Origin: a virus
DNA: 64,000 nucleotides
Reading direction: 5' to 3' (one strand)
IMG/VR virus record: IMGVR_UViG_3300009161_000033
Span: 1 to 64,000 of that record
A program made the translations under genes and the position numbers. Below the pieces are notes generated by a model. The model had not been told where the DNA came from, made no database searches, and saw only the letters and a list, made by a program, of their open reading frames with translations. Position 1 is the first letter of the stretch. Every line of letters begins with the position of its first letter. This document shows positions 48,348-59,083 of the stretch, piece by piece.

Positions 48348-50186
48348 ATGGCAAATAAAAAAATATCGTATACTACGAGGGACTTTCAGTCAATAAGAAC
48401 TGAATTAATTAATTTTACCCGAACATATTATCCTGAACTAATTGATAATTTTAACGACGCGTCAGTATTTTCTGCGTTATTAGATTTAAATGCCGCGGTA
48501 AGTGATAACCTACAATTTAACATTGATAGAAGTATACAGGAAACTGTATTACAGTATGCCCAACAAAGGTCTTCTATTTTCAACATTGCAAGAACCTATG
48601 GATTAAAAGTACCAGGTCAAAGACCTTCAGTTGCGTTAGTTGATTTTGCGATAACTGTTCCTGCGTTTGGAGATAAAGAAGATTTAAGATATTGTGGTAT
48701 CCTTAGAAGAGGTTCACAAGTTAACGGTGCAGGACAAGTATTTGAAACGGTTTATGATATTGATTTTGCATCTGCCATTAATGCTGAAGGATACCCAAAC
48801 AGATTAAAAATACCAAACTTTGATTCCAATAATAAATTACTCAATTATACTATTGTTAAAAGAGAAACGGTTGTTAACGGGATTACCAAAGTTTTCAAGA
48901 GAGTAGTAACTGCAAATGATGTTAAACCATTCTTTGAAATGTTTTTACCTGAAAAAAATGTTTTAGGTGTGACAAGTGTATTATTAAAAGACGGTACTCA
49001 ATACGCTAATATGCCCTCATCACAAGAATTCTTAGGTCTTGACAATAGATGGTACGAAGTTAAAGCTTTAGCTGAGGATAGAGTTTTCATTGAGGACCCT
49101 ACTAAAGTATCTGACCAACCTGGAATTAAGGTAGGTAAGTATGTTGTTACAAGTGACAAATTTATTACCGAATACACACCTGAAGGTTTTATGAAATTAA
49201 CTTTTGGTGGTGGTAGTCAGTCCGCTGATGAACAATTACGAGAATTTGCTAGAAATGGTTATAAATTAGATTTGTATAAATACTCAAACAACTTGGCATT
49301 GGGTAGTACATTAAAAGCGAACACGACCATGTTTATTCAATATAGAATTGGTGGAGGTACAGGAAGTAATTTAGGTGTTAGTGTTATTACACAAATTGGT
49401 ACAGTTTCTTTCTTTGTTAACGGTCCTTCAGATTCAGTCAATACAAGTGTGGTTAATTCATTAAGTTGTAACAATGTAACCGCGGCAATTGGGGGAGCGG
49501 CATCACCAACAACTGAAGAGGTTAGAAACTTGGTGGCGTTTAACTTCTCAGCACAGAACAGAGCGGTTACTGTAAATGACTATGATTCGTTAATTAGAAC
49601 AATGCCATCACAATTTGGGGCACCTGCAAAGGTTGCAATAACTGAGGAGAATAACAAGATTAAAATTAAAATGTTATCTTTTGACGACTCAGGTAAATTA
49701 ACCGAAATAGTATCAGACACATTAAAGAATAATGTTGCAAACTACCTATCCAACTATAGAATGATTAATGATTACATCTCAGTTGAAACCGCAAGTGTTA
49801 TTGATTTGGCGATGAATATTGATGTTGTTTTAGATAATAGCCAAACTCAAGGAGCGATAATTTCTCAGATTGTAAACATTGTTACAAATTACTTTGACCC
49901 AGCAAATAGACAAATGGGTGAGAATGTTTATGTTTCAGAAATTAGAAGGTTAATTCAAGCAGAAAATGGAGTTATCTCGGTATCAGGAATCCAAGTATTC
50001 AACAAGGTTGGAGGACAGTACTCATCATCTCAAACGTCACAAGCTTATTTAGACAGTACAACAAGAGAAATCCAATTAATTGATGAGACAATCTATGCTG
50101 AACCTAGTCAAACTTATCAAGTTAGGTTCCCAAACAAGGATATTAACGTAAGAGTTAAGAATCTATCTACAGTTAATTTCTCCTGA
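48348..50186 (+). CDS. Baseplate wedge protein (T4 gp6/P2 gpJ-like)
   Basis: YTTRDF.SIR..L, AQQRSS...IA...G, L.FG.G, YRIGGG..SN, GG....T.EE.R, AQNRAVT..DY. Confidence 0.88.
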   Translation: MANKKISYTTRDFQSIRTELINFTRTYYPELIDNFNDASVFSALLDLNAAVSDNLQFNIDRSIQETVLQYAQQRSSIFNIARTYGLKVPGQRPSVALVDFAITVPAFGDKEDLRYCGILRRGSQVNGAGQVFETVYDIDFASAINAEGYPNRLKIPNFDSNNKLLNYTIVKRETVVNGITKVFKRVVTANDVKPFFEMFLPEKNVLGVTSVLLKDGTQYANMPSSQEFLGLDNRWYEVKALAEDRVFIEDPTKVSDQPGIKVGKYVVTSDKFITEYTPEGFMKLTFGGGSQSADEQLREFARNGYKLDLYKYSNNLALGSTLKANTTMFIQYRIGGGTGSNLGVSVITQIGTVSFFVNGPSDSVNTSVVNSLSCNNVTAAIGGAASPTTEEVRNLVAFNFSAQNRAVTVNDYDSLIRTMPSQFGAPAKVAITEENNKIKIKMLSFDDSGKLTEIVSDTLKNNVANYLSNYRMINDYISVETASVIDLAMNIDVVLDNSQTQGAIISQIVNIVTNYFDPANRQMGENVYVSEIRRLIQAENGVISVSGIQVFNKVGGQYSSSQTSQAYLDSTTREIQLIDETIYAEPSQTYQVRFPNKDINVRVKNLSTVNFS

Positions 50187-50258
50187 TAATTTATTTTAAT
50201 AATTTATGGTTTATCTTTTTGAAAATGGTATATAAACTATTTATCAAAAAAGATTTAA

Positions 50259-53200
50259 ATGTCAAATTCATATAGAATAAGAACTCAAGTAGGTGTAGAT
50301 AAATCAATTAAAGTATTAATTGACCAAGAATTTGAATATCTTGAAATTTTATCACTTAAAGTACTACAGAGTCAAATTTACACAAGACAATGTTCAGACT
50401 ATGGTGTTGTTATAGGTAGAGTCACCGCAAACGATGGTTTCGGTATTCCTAATGCCAAAGTTTCAGTTTTCATCCCATTAACTGATGAAGACTCAAACAA
50501 CCCAATAATTTCTGACTTATATCCATACAAAACTTTATCAGAATTAAATGAAGATGGGTATAGATATAATTTATTACCTTATATTCAATCATATAGTGAA
50601 CATACCCCAACAGGAACTTTCTTCACTAAGAATGATGTTTTAGTTGACCCTACATTAATTGAGGTTTACGACAAATATTTTAAGTATACTGCAAAAACTA
50701 ATGATAGTGGTGACTACATGATATTTGGTGTTCCTGCAGGACCCCAAACAATTCATATTGATGTTGATTTATCAGACATTGGTGAATTTTCATTATCACC
50801 TCAAGATTTGGTTAGAATGGGGGTTGCCTCACCTAATCAAGTTGCTGGAACCAAGTTTAAATCGTCAACTAATTTAAATGAACTACCTCAGATTATATCA
50901 ATAAATAGAGTTATTGAAGTTGAGCCATTATGGGGACAACCCGAAGTTTGTAATTTAGGTATTACAAGAACAGACTTTGATTTAACGGGTGAAGTGAACA
51001 TTACAATTACTCCGACATCTATTTTTATGGGGTCTATCTTTTCATCTAATGACGACCAATTCCAAAAAAGAAACTGTAAACCAAAATTAAAACAAGGTAA
51101 GTTATGTAATTTAGTTACAGGTCCTGGTGAAATATTGGCAATTAGACAAACAATACAACAAGATTCTGCGGGACAACCTATATTAGAAACTGTAGATTTA
51201 GAAAGTGGTGGACAAGTTATAGATGAAAATGGAACATGGTTAATTGACGTCCCAATGAATTTAGATTACGTCATTACTAATGAATTTGGTGAAAGAGTTC
51301 TTTCTAATGACCCTAATAAAGGAATTCCAACAAAGGGAAAATATCGTTTTAAGGTTAAGTGGAATCAATCACCTTCACTAAGTGAATCAGTTAAACGAGG
51401 GTATTTCTTAGTACCTAATGTTAGAGAATACGGGTGGTCATCAAGTAATGTTGACCCACTTAGACAATCCCCATCAAGTATAGTTTACCAAGAAGCAATC
51501 AAATCGTATTCATTCAGTTTAGATTGGAATGATTATGCCGATGTGCAATCAGCAATTAATTGTGAGGATACTTTTTATGAAATGAAGTATAATAAAGTTT
51601 ATACGGTGTCTCAAATGATTGACCAGTATAGACGAGGATATTTACCAAACCGTATGATTACGGTAAAAGACATTTTGGATGAATCGTGTGAGAGTGAAAA
51701 TGTAAAATTCCCAACAAATGATTCAATCCTTAGATTTGATATTATTTATCTGTTGTTTGTTATGATGATGTTCATTTTCAAACCTACACTATACCTTTTA
51801 TTAATTACCGTCCACATATTGGCGTTTTTCTTAATGTTAATTGGACCAATATTAGCGGTGATTGTTGGAGTTGTAATGGAGATTGTTTTTGTAATATGTA
51901 ATTTTATTAACGGAATTATTTGGGCTATAAATTTAATCCCTGGAGTAGATATTGATGGGTTAGATTGTCCATCACAACAAGACATTAAAGACGCGGTTAA
52001 TAGTTGTTTAACATTATATAAAAAATTTACTCATTTAAATTTACCTAATTTATCTTACCCTGATTGTGAATTATGTTCATGTAAAGAAGGTGAATTGGTT
52101 GAAGATACAACATCAAGTGACCCGAGTACTTCAGGTCTTTATACAGGATTAACGGATTCAGGAATTAATAGTGTATTATCCCGATATCAAGTATTAAACA
52201 ATTATAATATTATTGGGGCGAGTTATCCAGGAAACTTCCAAGGGATTATTGCAGGAGGTAATATTAATACCTCATCACCAACCGCAACAAGTAGAGCACC
52301 TCAAATGACTACATATGGAGATGATGGTGGAGGTAATAGACATTTATTTACATCAAGTTTAACATTAGCAGAAAGAATAAACCTATTCAATAATAAAGCA
52401 AAGTACTTTGATGATTTAGGAGGGACTAATCCTGGTGGGGGACAAAATAGAATTAAAGTTACATTTGACACCGATTTAAATGTACCTGCAACAACCTACC
52501 ATTACGATAATATTGTAATGATTTCATGTCAACCGAGTCAATTAGGTAATTTTCAATTAGGTCAAATAGTTTCATTTCAAGATGTAACATTAAGCGGTGA
52601 TAAAAATTTAACAGGATATACTTTAACTAATCAGTTTGGGACCAATGGTATAACAGGAACCTCAATCAATGATTCAGGTAATATTACCGTTAGTTACGCT
52701 AATCCTGCAACACCAACAGGATTACCTGTTCAAACAACGGTATATAATATTACCCAAAACCCTGACGATGCAAGTTATGCAAAATTTGCAATGGACGTTG
52801 AATACTTCCAAGTAATTACCGCGATGACTTATAATACTTTTTCAGGATTAACAAATGCTACGGGGAGTGATTTGAGTTTAAATAAACGTTATTTGAATAA
52901 TAACATGACATTCGCGTATGTTAGTTCAGATAACTGTGTTGCTCAGTTATCACCTATGGTTATCCCTATGAACCCATTACAGTTATATACCGATGGGGCA
53001 TCACAAGTTTTAGTGTTCTTAGTTAGAGGTGTTGACCCATACTCAACAAGAAAAAATAATTCATATGATTTTAGTAGAATTTTTGGTTATTCATCATGGA
53101 ATCAACCAGGGTTAACTGTTACAGGTAGTTTTAAATTAAATCACCCTATAAAAGGAGGTTTAGGTTCGGTAAAACATAATATGACGAGTAATGTCACGTC

Positions 53201-55313
53201 AATTGACTTGACAACTTCAGAATATCTTTATTATGAATCTTTTCACTTTCAACCTGAAACAAACCCATCAAACGCGGGATTCTCAGCATTTACATCTAAC
53301 TTACCGTCTTATTATTCATCATTAGATTCTACAACATTTGGATTTACACCTACGGGTGGAGTTGGGATGTCAATCGCTTGTGACAATGGAATTTATAACG
53401 TTGCATCAGTTAAAACACAATCATCAAATCCTTTATCAAGTGTTTCTCAAAACGGATTCACTATTGAATGGGATGGTTCATCTTCTTTACTTGGATGTGG
53501 TCCTAATGATTTATACTTTACATGGTCAACTAATTCATATCCTACTGATAATAGAGGATATTTTGAAAGAGAGATTGTTGAAGGTGGTTCGGTAATGTTA
53601 CAAAGAGTACAATTAACACCTGAAGGAACAATATATAATAAATCATTTTATTATGCACCAAGATACTCAAATTCTACGGTATATAATTATAATGGTTTAG
53701 GAACTAATAACCGTCAGATTATTATGAGGTCAGATAGGTTACCGTTATCAACAAGTGTACAAGAGACGGCAAATAACAGTTTCGCATTACAAAATAACTC
53801 AACGTTTGCAGCATATTTAATTAGTGATGACGGAACATCTTTAAATGTTGGTGGTACGGCTTCTAACTCACCATCAGTTGCTGAAGGAGGTGAAACGCAG
53901 GAAGAAGGATTACCATCATTTACTCCAAATGTATTAGCGAGTTTTAGTTGTGGACAAATGGTTCCATTAAATTGTTATTATGATAATTCAGGAGAAATTG
54001 CAATTGAGAATGTTGGAAATAACTGTTATGAGAATGGAGTTACGGGTAGTAAAATTATGGAAAATGGTTGTTATGTTACGGTAACTGCAATATTTCTTTC
54101 ATTACCAAAAGATATTCAGTTGTTAACTGAATGGACATCAAGACTACAAATTACCTTTGGTGCTTGTAGAGACGTATGGTCACATATTTTCACAAATAAT
54201 TGGATTAACGGAACGTTATACGCATTTTCATTTAAAAATGATAGATTCTTTAATAGTCAAAATGTTCCGTCAAGTTATTACTGTAAAGACACTATTATAT
54301 TACATCCAACAACTAATAATTTTTACTACAGAAGTAGTCCTTGGAACGGTTCAGGGTTTATTGGTGCAAACGCTCCAAACGGGATTTTTGGACCTGATGG
54401 GGGTAACGACAAAAACCTTAAATTCCCAACGACTATAATGGACTTAGGACCAAGAAGTCAGTACCTACAAGAGATTGTCATGTCAGATGATTATGATGGG
54501 TATGTTGTTAATAAATTAAATTCAACAACTTTTACAGATGTGTCAGAAATTTTAAATTTATTAATTATTAGTAGATTAACAAATACAAGTTTCTTGGGTC
54601 AATTAATTGGTGTTGGTGGTGGTAATATATTATCATATTTTAATCAAAGAGGTAAACGATTTGTTGACGCGGATTACGCTCAAATGTTATCCATTAGTTC
54701 TGAATTAGGTGTTGCGGACTTTGAGCCTGATAATTACCCACCAATAGTTGGAGCTCAAGACCCAGTCTATTTTAACGGTGCTGGTAGTTCAGATGGTATT
54801 ATTGGTATATTCTTTTCTTCGGATACTCAAGTTAGAGATTACATAACACCTAAAAGGACCATAATTGACAATACTGCAACGGTCACTAACCCATGCGGAT
54901 TTAATTACTTTAGTGTATTCACACAAGAAGTTCCTTTTTACCAATGGGAGGTTAAAACAGGAAACCCTGACAGTATTTTTGGTTCCCAAAGTAATGATTG
55001 GTATACAACACCAATAAGTGGAGGTAATTTCTTTACTCACAAATATCAAACAATGGACAGGATAGATATTAATTCAAGATATTTTAGAACTAATGGAAGT
55101 ACTGAGACTAAAGACTTTAAAGGTTATATTTATTCAGTTGATGGTTCAGGTAATTATGACCCTAATACGGCGTCTCAAAATCCTAATAATCCATTACCAA
55201 GAACAATAACCGTGGGAGCACCATTCCATTTTTATTTTGGTTTAAAGAAAGGTAAAACTGCGTTTGATAGATTTGCTGCTAAATGGATATCATTTGAAAC
55301 AATAACAGATTAA
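50259..55313 (+). CDS. Very large baseplate-associated structural protein with an N-terminal carboxypeptidase-regulatory-like beta-sandwich and an internal hydrophobic segment
   Basis: GVVIGRV...GIPNAKVSVFIP...TNDSGDYMIFGVP.G; hydrophobic tract of about 70 aa near residues 495-565. Confidence 0.6.
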   Translation: MSNSYRIRTQVGVDKSIKVLIDQEFEYLEILSLKVLQSQIYTRQCSDYGVVIGRVTANDGFGIPNAKVSVFIPLTDEDSNNPIISDLYPYKTLSELNEDGYRYNLLPYIQSYSEHTPTGTFFTKNDVLVDPTLIEVYDKYFKYTAKTNDSGDYMIFGVPAGPQTIHIDVDLSDIGEFSLSPQDLVRMGVASPNQVAGTKFKSSTNLNELPQIISINRVIEVEPLWGQPEVCNLGITRTDFDLTGEVNITITPTSIFMGSIFSSNDDQFQKRNCKPKLKQGKLCNLVTGPGEILAIRQTIQQDSAGQPILETVDLESGGQVIDENGTWLIDVPMNLDYVITNEFGERVLSNDPNKGIPTKGKYRFKVKWNQSPSLSESVKRGYFLVPNVREYGWSSSNVDPLRQSPSSIVYQEAIKSYSFSLDWNDYADVQSAINCEDTFYEMKYNKVYTVSQMIDQYRRGYLPNRMITVKDILDESCESENVKFPTNDSILRFDIIYLLFVMMMFIFKPTLYLLLITVHILAFFLMLIGPILAVIVGVVMEIVFVICNFINGIIWAINLIPGVDIDGLDCPSQQDIKDAVNSCLTLYKKFTHLNLPNLSYPDCELCSCKEGELVEDTTSSDPSTSGLYTGLTDSGINSVLSRYQVLNNYNIIGASYPGNFQGIIAGGNINTSSPTATSRAPQMTTYGDDGGGNRHLFTSSLTLAERINLFNNKAKYFDDLGGTNPGGGQNRIKVTFDTDLNVPATTYHYDNIVMISCQPSQLGNFQLGQIVSFQDVTLSGDKNLTGYTLTNQFGTNGITGTSINDSGNITVSYANPATPTGLPVQTTVYNITQNPDDASYAKFAMDVEYFQVITAMTYNTFSGLTNATGSDLSLNKRYLNNNMTFAYVSSDNCVAQLSPMVIPMNPLQLYTDGASQVLVFLVRGVDPYSTRKNNSYDFSRIFGYSSWNQPGLTVTGSFKLNHPIKGGLGSVKHNMTSNVTSIDLTTSEYLYYESFHFQPETNPSNAGFSAFTSNLPSYYSSLDSTTFGFTPTGGVGMSIACDNGIYNVASVKTQSSNPLSSVSQNGFTIEWDGSSSLLGCGPNDLYFTWSTNSYPTDNRGYFEREIVEGGSVMLQRVQLTPEGTIYNKSFYYAPRYSNSTVYNYNGLGTNNRQIIMRSDRLPLSTSVQETANNSFALQNNSTFAAYLISDDGTSLNVGGTASNSPSVAEGGETQEEGLPSFTPNVLASFSCGQMVPLNCYYDNSGEIAIENVGNNCYENGVTGSKIMENGCYVTVTAIFLSLPKDIQLLTEWTSRLQITFGACRDVWSHIFTNNWINGTLYAFSFKNDRFFNSQNVPSSYYCKDTIILHPTTNNFYYRSSPWNGSGFIGANAPNGIFGPDGGNDKNLKFPTTIMDLGPRSQYLQEIVMSDDYDGYVVNKLNSTTFTDVSEILNLLIISRLTNTSFLGQLIGVGGGNILSYFNQRGKRFVDADYAQMLSISSELGVADFEPDNYPPIVGAQDPVYFNGAGSSDGIIGIFFSSDTQVRDYITPKRTIIDNTATVTNPCGFNYFSVFTQEVPFYQWEVKTGNPDSIFGSQSNDWYTTPISGGNFFTHKYQTMDRIDINSRYFRTNGSTETKDFKGYIYSVDGSGNYDPNTASQNPNNPLPRTITVGAPFHFYFGLKKGKTAFDRFAAKWISFETITD

Positions 55314-55314
55314 T

Positions 55315-57105
55315 ATGGGGAATAGACAAGATACAAGAGTTATATTAGGTTCGTTAAGGTATAAATCGGCCCCTGACACAACATTGTTGTTTGAGGTTCC
55401 ATTAATACAAACAACAAAAGAAAATGTTGAGTTTGATAGAAGTATTGATGTTGACTTAGAACAAGTTTTTAACGATGAAAGACAAAACTCAGACATTATT
55501 AGACCAACTTGTAAGTTCTCCTTACTTTTTGAAAATGCTTATTCAGGGTTCACTAATTATCCACCATTTGAAAATAATTTATATTATTTAAATGCTGAGA
55601 CCGCAGCAATTGCATCATGTGGGTTACCTAATCCGTTGTCAGTTTCTTGGACAGGATTACCACAATATAATGAATTTGATTTTATTAGAACAGATTATAA
55701 TGTACCTGGTTATACCCAACCACCGAATCAACATTTAAATTTTATACCTAAAAGTGCATCAAGTTATAATTGGAATTTTTATATGAGTTATGCGTATGAA
55801 AACGATTATACAAAACCTATGACCGCAACGGATAAAAAAACAAACACTGTTTTAAATTGGATAGTTGGTGACGGGATACCGTTTATTATTGAAAACACGG
55901 TATATAAAGGAATAAATACCGTTTCATTTAGATGTCCTGTTAAACATGGGATGTCAGTCGGGGATTCGGTTAAACTAAGTATTAATTATAATGGGGAAGA
56001 CATTTTTCAAATAGATTCATTAGGTAATAGTACTTTTGATAGTGACCTTTATGTTTTTAATCTTATCAATGTTGGGTATTTAGGAACCACATTTAATAAC
56101 GGAACTACGGGAACTGCTAAACGAATAATTATTAGGGATAGTGTTGATGACACTATTTCTACATACTATGTTAGACGAAACAAGATATTAACTAATTCTG
56201 ATAATGCGGTTTTAGTCAAAGCGGGGTTTGAACAAAACATCTTTGGAGAAAAGAAAAAATACGAAAGTAGTGGATATACCCCAACTCAAACCGCAAGAGT
56301 TTCAATTAAAGAAGGTTCACAATCATATACTTTATCTTTTAATAAAGACATTTTAGTTAATCCTATTAGAGATAATCAAAAAAGACCAATCACTGAATTA
56401 TATTTTACGGTTGTTTATAAAGGTTATTTTGGGTGGATGTTTGGAATTCCTAATAGTACAGGTGGATATTATGGTTTAAAACAAGGTTACGATTTTAATT
56501 TACCATTAAATTCATTAGGTCAACCTAGTAGTTGGTGGAGTAATTCAAATTCAAACTCGGATGCTAATTTATCTGTCGGTACTTATAGTACTTCGGAAAG
56601 TGTTGGATATGGACCAGGTGGAGGACCAATTACCTTTACTTATATTAAATCACTAAATGAAGGTGAAATAATTGATGGGGATTATTGTGAATGGAACGAC
56701 TACGAACAAAGTGAAAGAGTTATCTCAAATCTATTTCATAAATTAAGGTACAATCCCTTTTCATTTAGAATTGGTACAACACCATCAAATCAACTTGGAT
56801 ATTATTATCAACCTCACCACGTCTTAACTACAAAAGTATTTTCGGATTATATTGAAAATGGAAACCCTGTTAATGTGGTCGGAATACCCGATTACGCTCA
56901 TTTCTCAACAACACAGAATTTATTTATATGGAGAGATTTATATCCATATGGTTTTATTGATAGTACAGGAATAGGTGTTAATTATCCATTTTTAAATGGT
57001 ACTCATTACCCGTTTAAAAACATTATTTTCAGAATAATCCCTGAAGGAACTAATTATAAAGAACAAACCATAATCGCAGAACCAATATCAGATAATTGTG
57101 AGTAA
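55315..57105 (+). CDS. Putative structural protein (baseplate/fibre region)
   Basis: 596-aa Tyr/Asn/Gly-rich ORF in a tightly coupled structural operon. Confidence 0.6.
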   Translation: MGNRQDTRVILGSLRYKSAPDTTLLFEVPLIQTTKENVEFDRSIDVDLEQVFNDERQNSDIIRPTCKFSLLFENAYSGFTNYPPFENNLYYLNAETAAIASCGLPNPLSVSWTGLPQYNEFDFIRTDYNVPGYTQPPNQHLNFIPKSASSYNWNFYMSYAYENDYTKPMTATDKKTNTVLNWIVGDGIPFIIENTVYKGINTVSFRCPVKHGMSVGDSVKLSINYNGEDIFQIDSLGNSTFDSDLYVFNLINVGYLGTTFNNGTTGTAKRIIIRDSVDDTISTYYVRRNKILTNSDNAVLVKAGFEQNIFGEKKKYESSGYTPTQTARVSIKEGSQSYTLSFNKDILVNPIRDNQKRPITELYFTVVYKGYFGWMFGIPNSTGGYYGLKQGYDFNLPLNSLGQPSSWWSNSNSNSDANLSVGTYSTSESVGYGPGGGPITFTYIKSLNEGEIIDGDYCEWNDYEQSERVISNLFHKLRYNPFSFRIGTTPSNQLGYYYQPHHVLTTKVFSDYIENGNPVNVVGIPDYAHFSTTQNLFIWRDLYPYGFIDSTGIGVNYPFLNGTHYPFKNIIFRIIPEGTNYKEQTIIAEPISDNCE

Positions 57106-57895
57106 TAAATTTTTATTTACCATTCCAAAAGGAAACAAAACAATTGATTTACCAATAGAAATTAAATGGGATTTTTATGGTAGAGATGATAGTATTGAAC
57201 TGTATGAGGAAGAAGTTTTAGTTGATATTATTGGAGTCCCTAAAGATTTTGAAATTTTAAGATTTAGTCATAATTCTTATATTCCTTATGAAGAAACCGC
57301 AATAAAATATGATTTTTATTTTTATAGTGGGGTGTCAAGTAATGTTAGTGCGTCAACATCAACTGATTGGGTTAATAGTTATTTAGCTGAAGGATTTCAA
57401 GCTGATGAAGTGTATTACTACACCAAACCATTTACTAAGTCATTTTTTAAACTTGATTTTTACGATACTAAAGAAGCCCAAAGTCAAACAAATTATTTTA
57501 CAATTATAATACCTGTACAACAAGGTGCGACTGAAAATGTAAGTATTTCACCACTAACCCCTAATGTTAATATTAGAATACCATCATATAAATTAGATTT
57601 TGTTGGAGATAAGGAAGGGTTTTTTATTTATTGGTTAAAAAATGAATTATTCCTTAACATTGATACTTTTTATATGACCGCAAAATTCTTTGACGGTAGA
57701 TTAGGTGTCTTTGTTAAGATGATGAACGAACCACAATCATCGTTACCTGATAAATTCAACTTTGACGCTAGCCGTTATTTTTATAACAAAGTGGTTTTAG
57801 ATTACACAACAAAAACTTATGAAGTGTTTAATTATTTAGATAACCGAATAGGTACGGGAACACCGATAAAATGGTATGAATATGTTAACCCATAA
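57098..57895 (+). CDS. Putative structural protein
   Basis: 265-aa ORF with GTG start overlapping the previous gene; coupled to the next gene (TAATG). Confidence 0.6.
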   Translation: MSNKFLFTIPKGNKTIDLPIEIKWDFYGRDDSIELYEEEVLVDIIGVPKDFEILRFSHNSYIPYEETAIKYDFYFYSGVSSNVSASTSTDWVNSYLAEGFQADEVYYYTKPFTKSFFKLDFYDTKEAQSQTNYFTIIIPVQQGATENVSISPLTPNVNIRIPSYKLDFVGDKEGFFIYWLKNELFLNIDTFYMTAKFFDGRLGVFVKMMNEPQSSLPDKFNFDASRYFYNKVVLDYTTKTYEVFNYLDNRIGTGTPIKWYEYVNP

Positions 57896-59082
57896 TGGAC
57901 GATAGATATTACAGTATACGAATTTCACCTGAAGTTATTCGTGGGGATTTATTCACGACACCGTATAATGCGGGGTATTCTCAATTTAATTTAAGTGGAG
58001 ACCCATGTTGTGATACAACCACAACAACAACGACAAGTCAATACACTGGATTTACCTATGTTTATTCATCAATGACTCAAGTCTTGACAGGTGGTACAGA
58101 TGGGACATCTTTATTAACAGGTTTAACTCTACCAATTTTTCTTACTGAGAATACGGTTGATATTGGATATTATTCGGTATTTGACGGAATGGTTACTCAA
58201 AAAGATACCATGACAAACTTTTTGTTTTCTGCAACAACATACGACCCGTTTACATATTATTTTTATAATACATCAGATACAGAATTTAAAAAATATCTTG
58301 CCTTTGCCACCTATCAGATTGATTGGGGGGATAGTTCACCAAGTGAAATAGTTAGTACTACTTCTCCGAGTTATTACAGTCATACTTACGCGTCTGCGGG
58401 TGTTTATACGATAACAATGTCGGGGATGAGTCCTTGGGGTTATAATGTAATTAAAAAAGATGTCACAGTTCCGTTCACAAATGTTGTTGCAACCAACCCT
58501 AATGGGACTGCCTATTTTTACCCATCAGGAGGTAATTGGACAGGAACACCATTAATGTATGATTACATATTCACAGGAGATTCTAATTGTGATATATATG
58601 ACCAATCAAGTTACAATTATACAACAGTACCATTCTTAGTTACAGGGTATACAAATTCAACCATGAGTGATTTAGTTCAATATGGAAGTAAGTACGACCC
58701 AACAAGATTTTCAGGTAAGTACAAACTTGGAGTACAGGTAACAGGAACGTCAGGGAGTATTGGAACATTTTGGGGTCCATCTGTGGATAACTTATATACT
58801 GCCTATACAATTAATGACATTAACTACTATGATTATAATGACGGAACAACAATTTTTACGGTTTATTCATCAGGGATGACACCTGACATGATGGTTTGTT
58901 CGGCAATAACAAAAAATGAGGTATTATTAAACGTAATTGATGAAGCAGAAATACAATCCAATGTATTTATAGAACGAGGGAAGAACTCTGTTTTAGAAAG
59001 GTTGGAGAGATTAGGTGAAGTTGATAATGTTGGAGACCTTGAAAAATACGGATACAAATTCTTTAATGTAATTAATATATAA
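57895..59082 (+). CDS. PKD-domain structural protein with a poly-Thr tract
   Basis: YQIDWGD...SHTYASAGVYTIT PKD signature; PCCDTTTTTTTS. Confidence 0.7.
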   Translation: MDDRYYSIRISPEVIRGDLFTTPYNAGYSQFNLSGDPCCDTTTTTTTSQYTGFTYVYSSMTQVLTGGTDGTSLLTGLTLPIFLTENTVDIGYYSVFDGMVTQKDTMTNFLFSATTYDPFTYYFYNTSDTEFKKYLAFATYQIDWGDSSPSEIVSTTSPSYYSHTYASAGVYTITMSGMSPWGYNVIKKDVTVPFTNVVATNPNGTAYFYPSGGNWTGTPLMYDYIFTGDSNCDIYDQSSYNYTTVPFLVTGYTNSTMSDLVQYGSKYDPTRFSGKYKLGVQVTGTSGSIGTFWGPSVDNLYTAYTINDINYYDYNDGTTIFTVYSSGMTPDMMVCSAITKNEVLLNVIDEAEIQSNVFIERGKNSVLERLERLGEVDNVGDLEKYGYKFFNVINI

Positions 59083-59083
59083 T

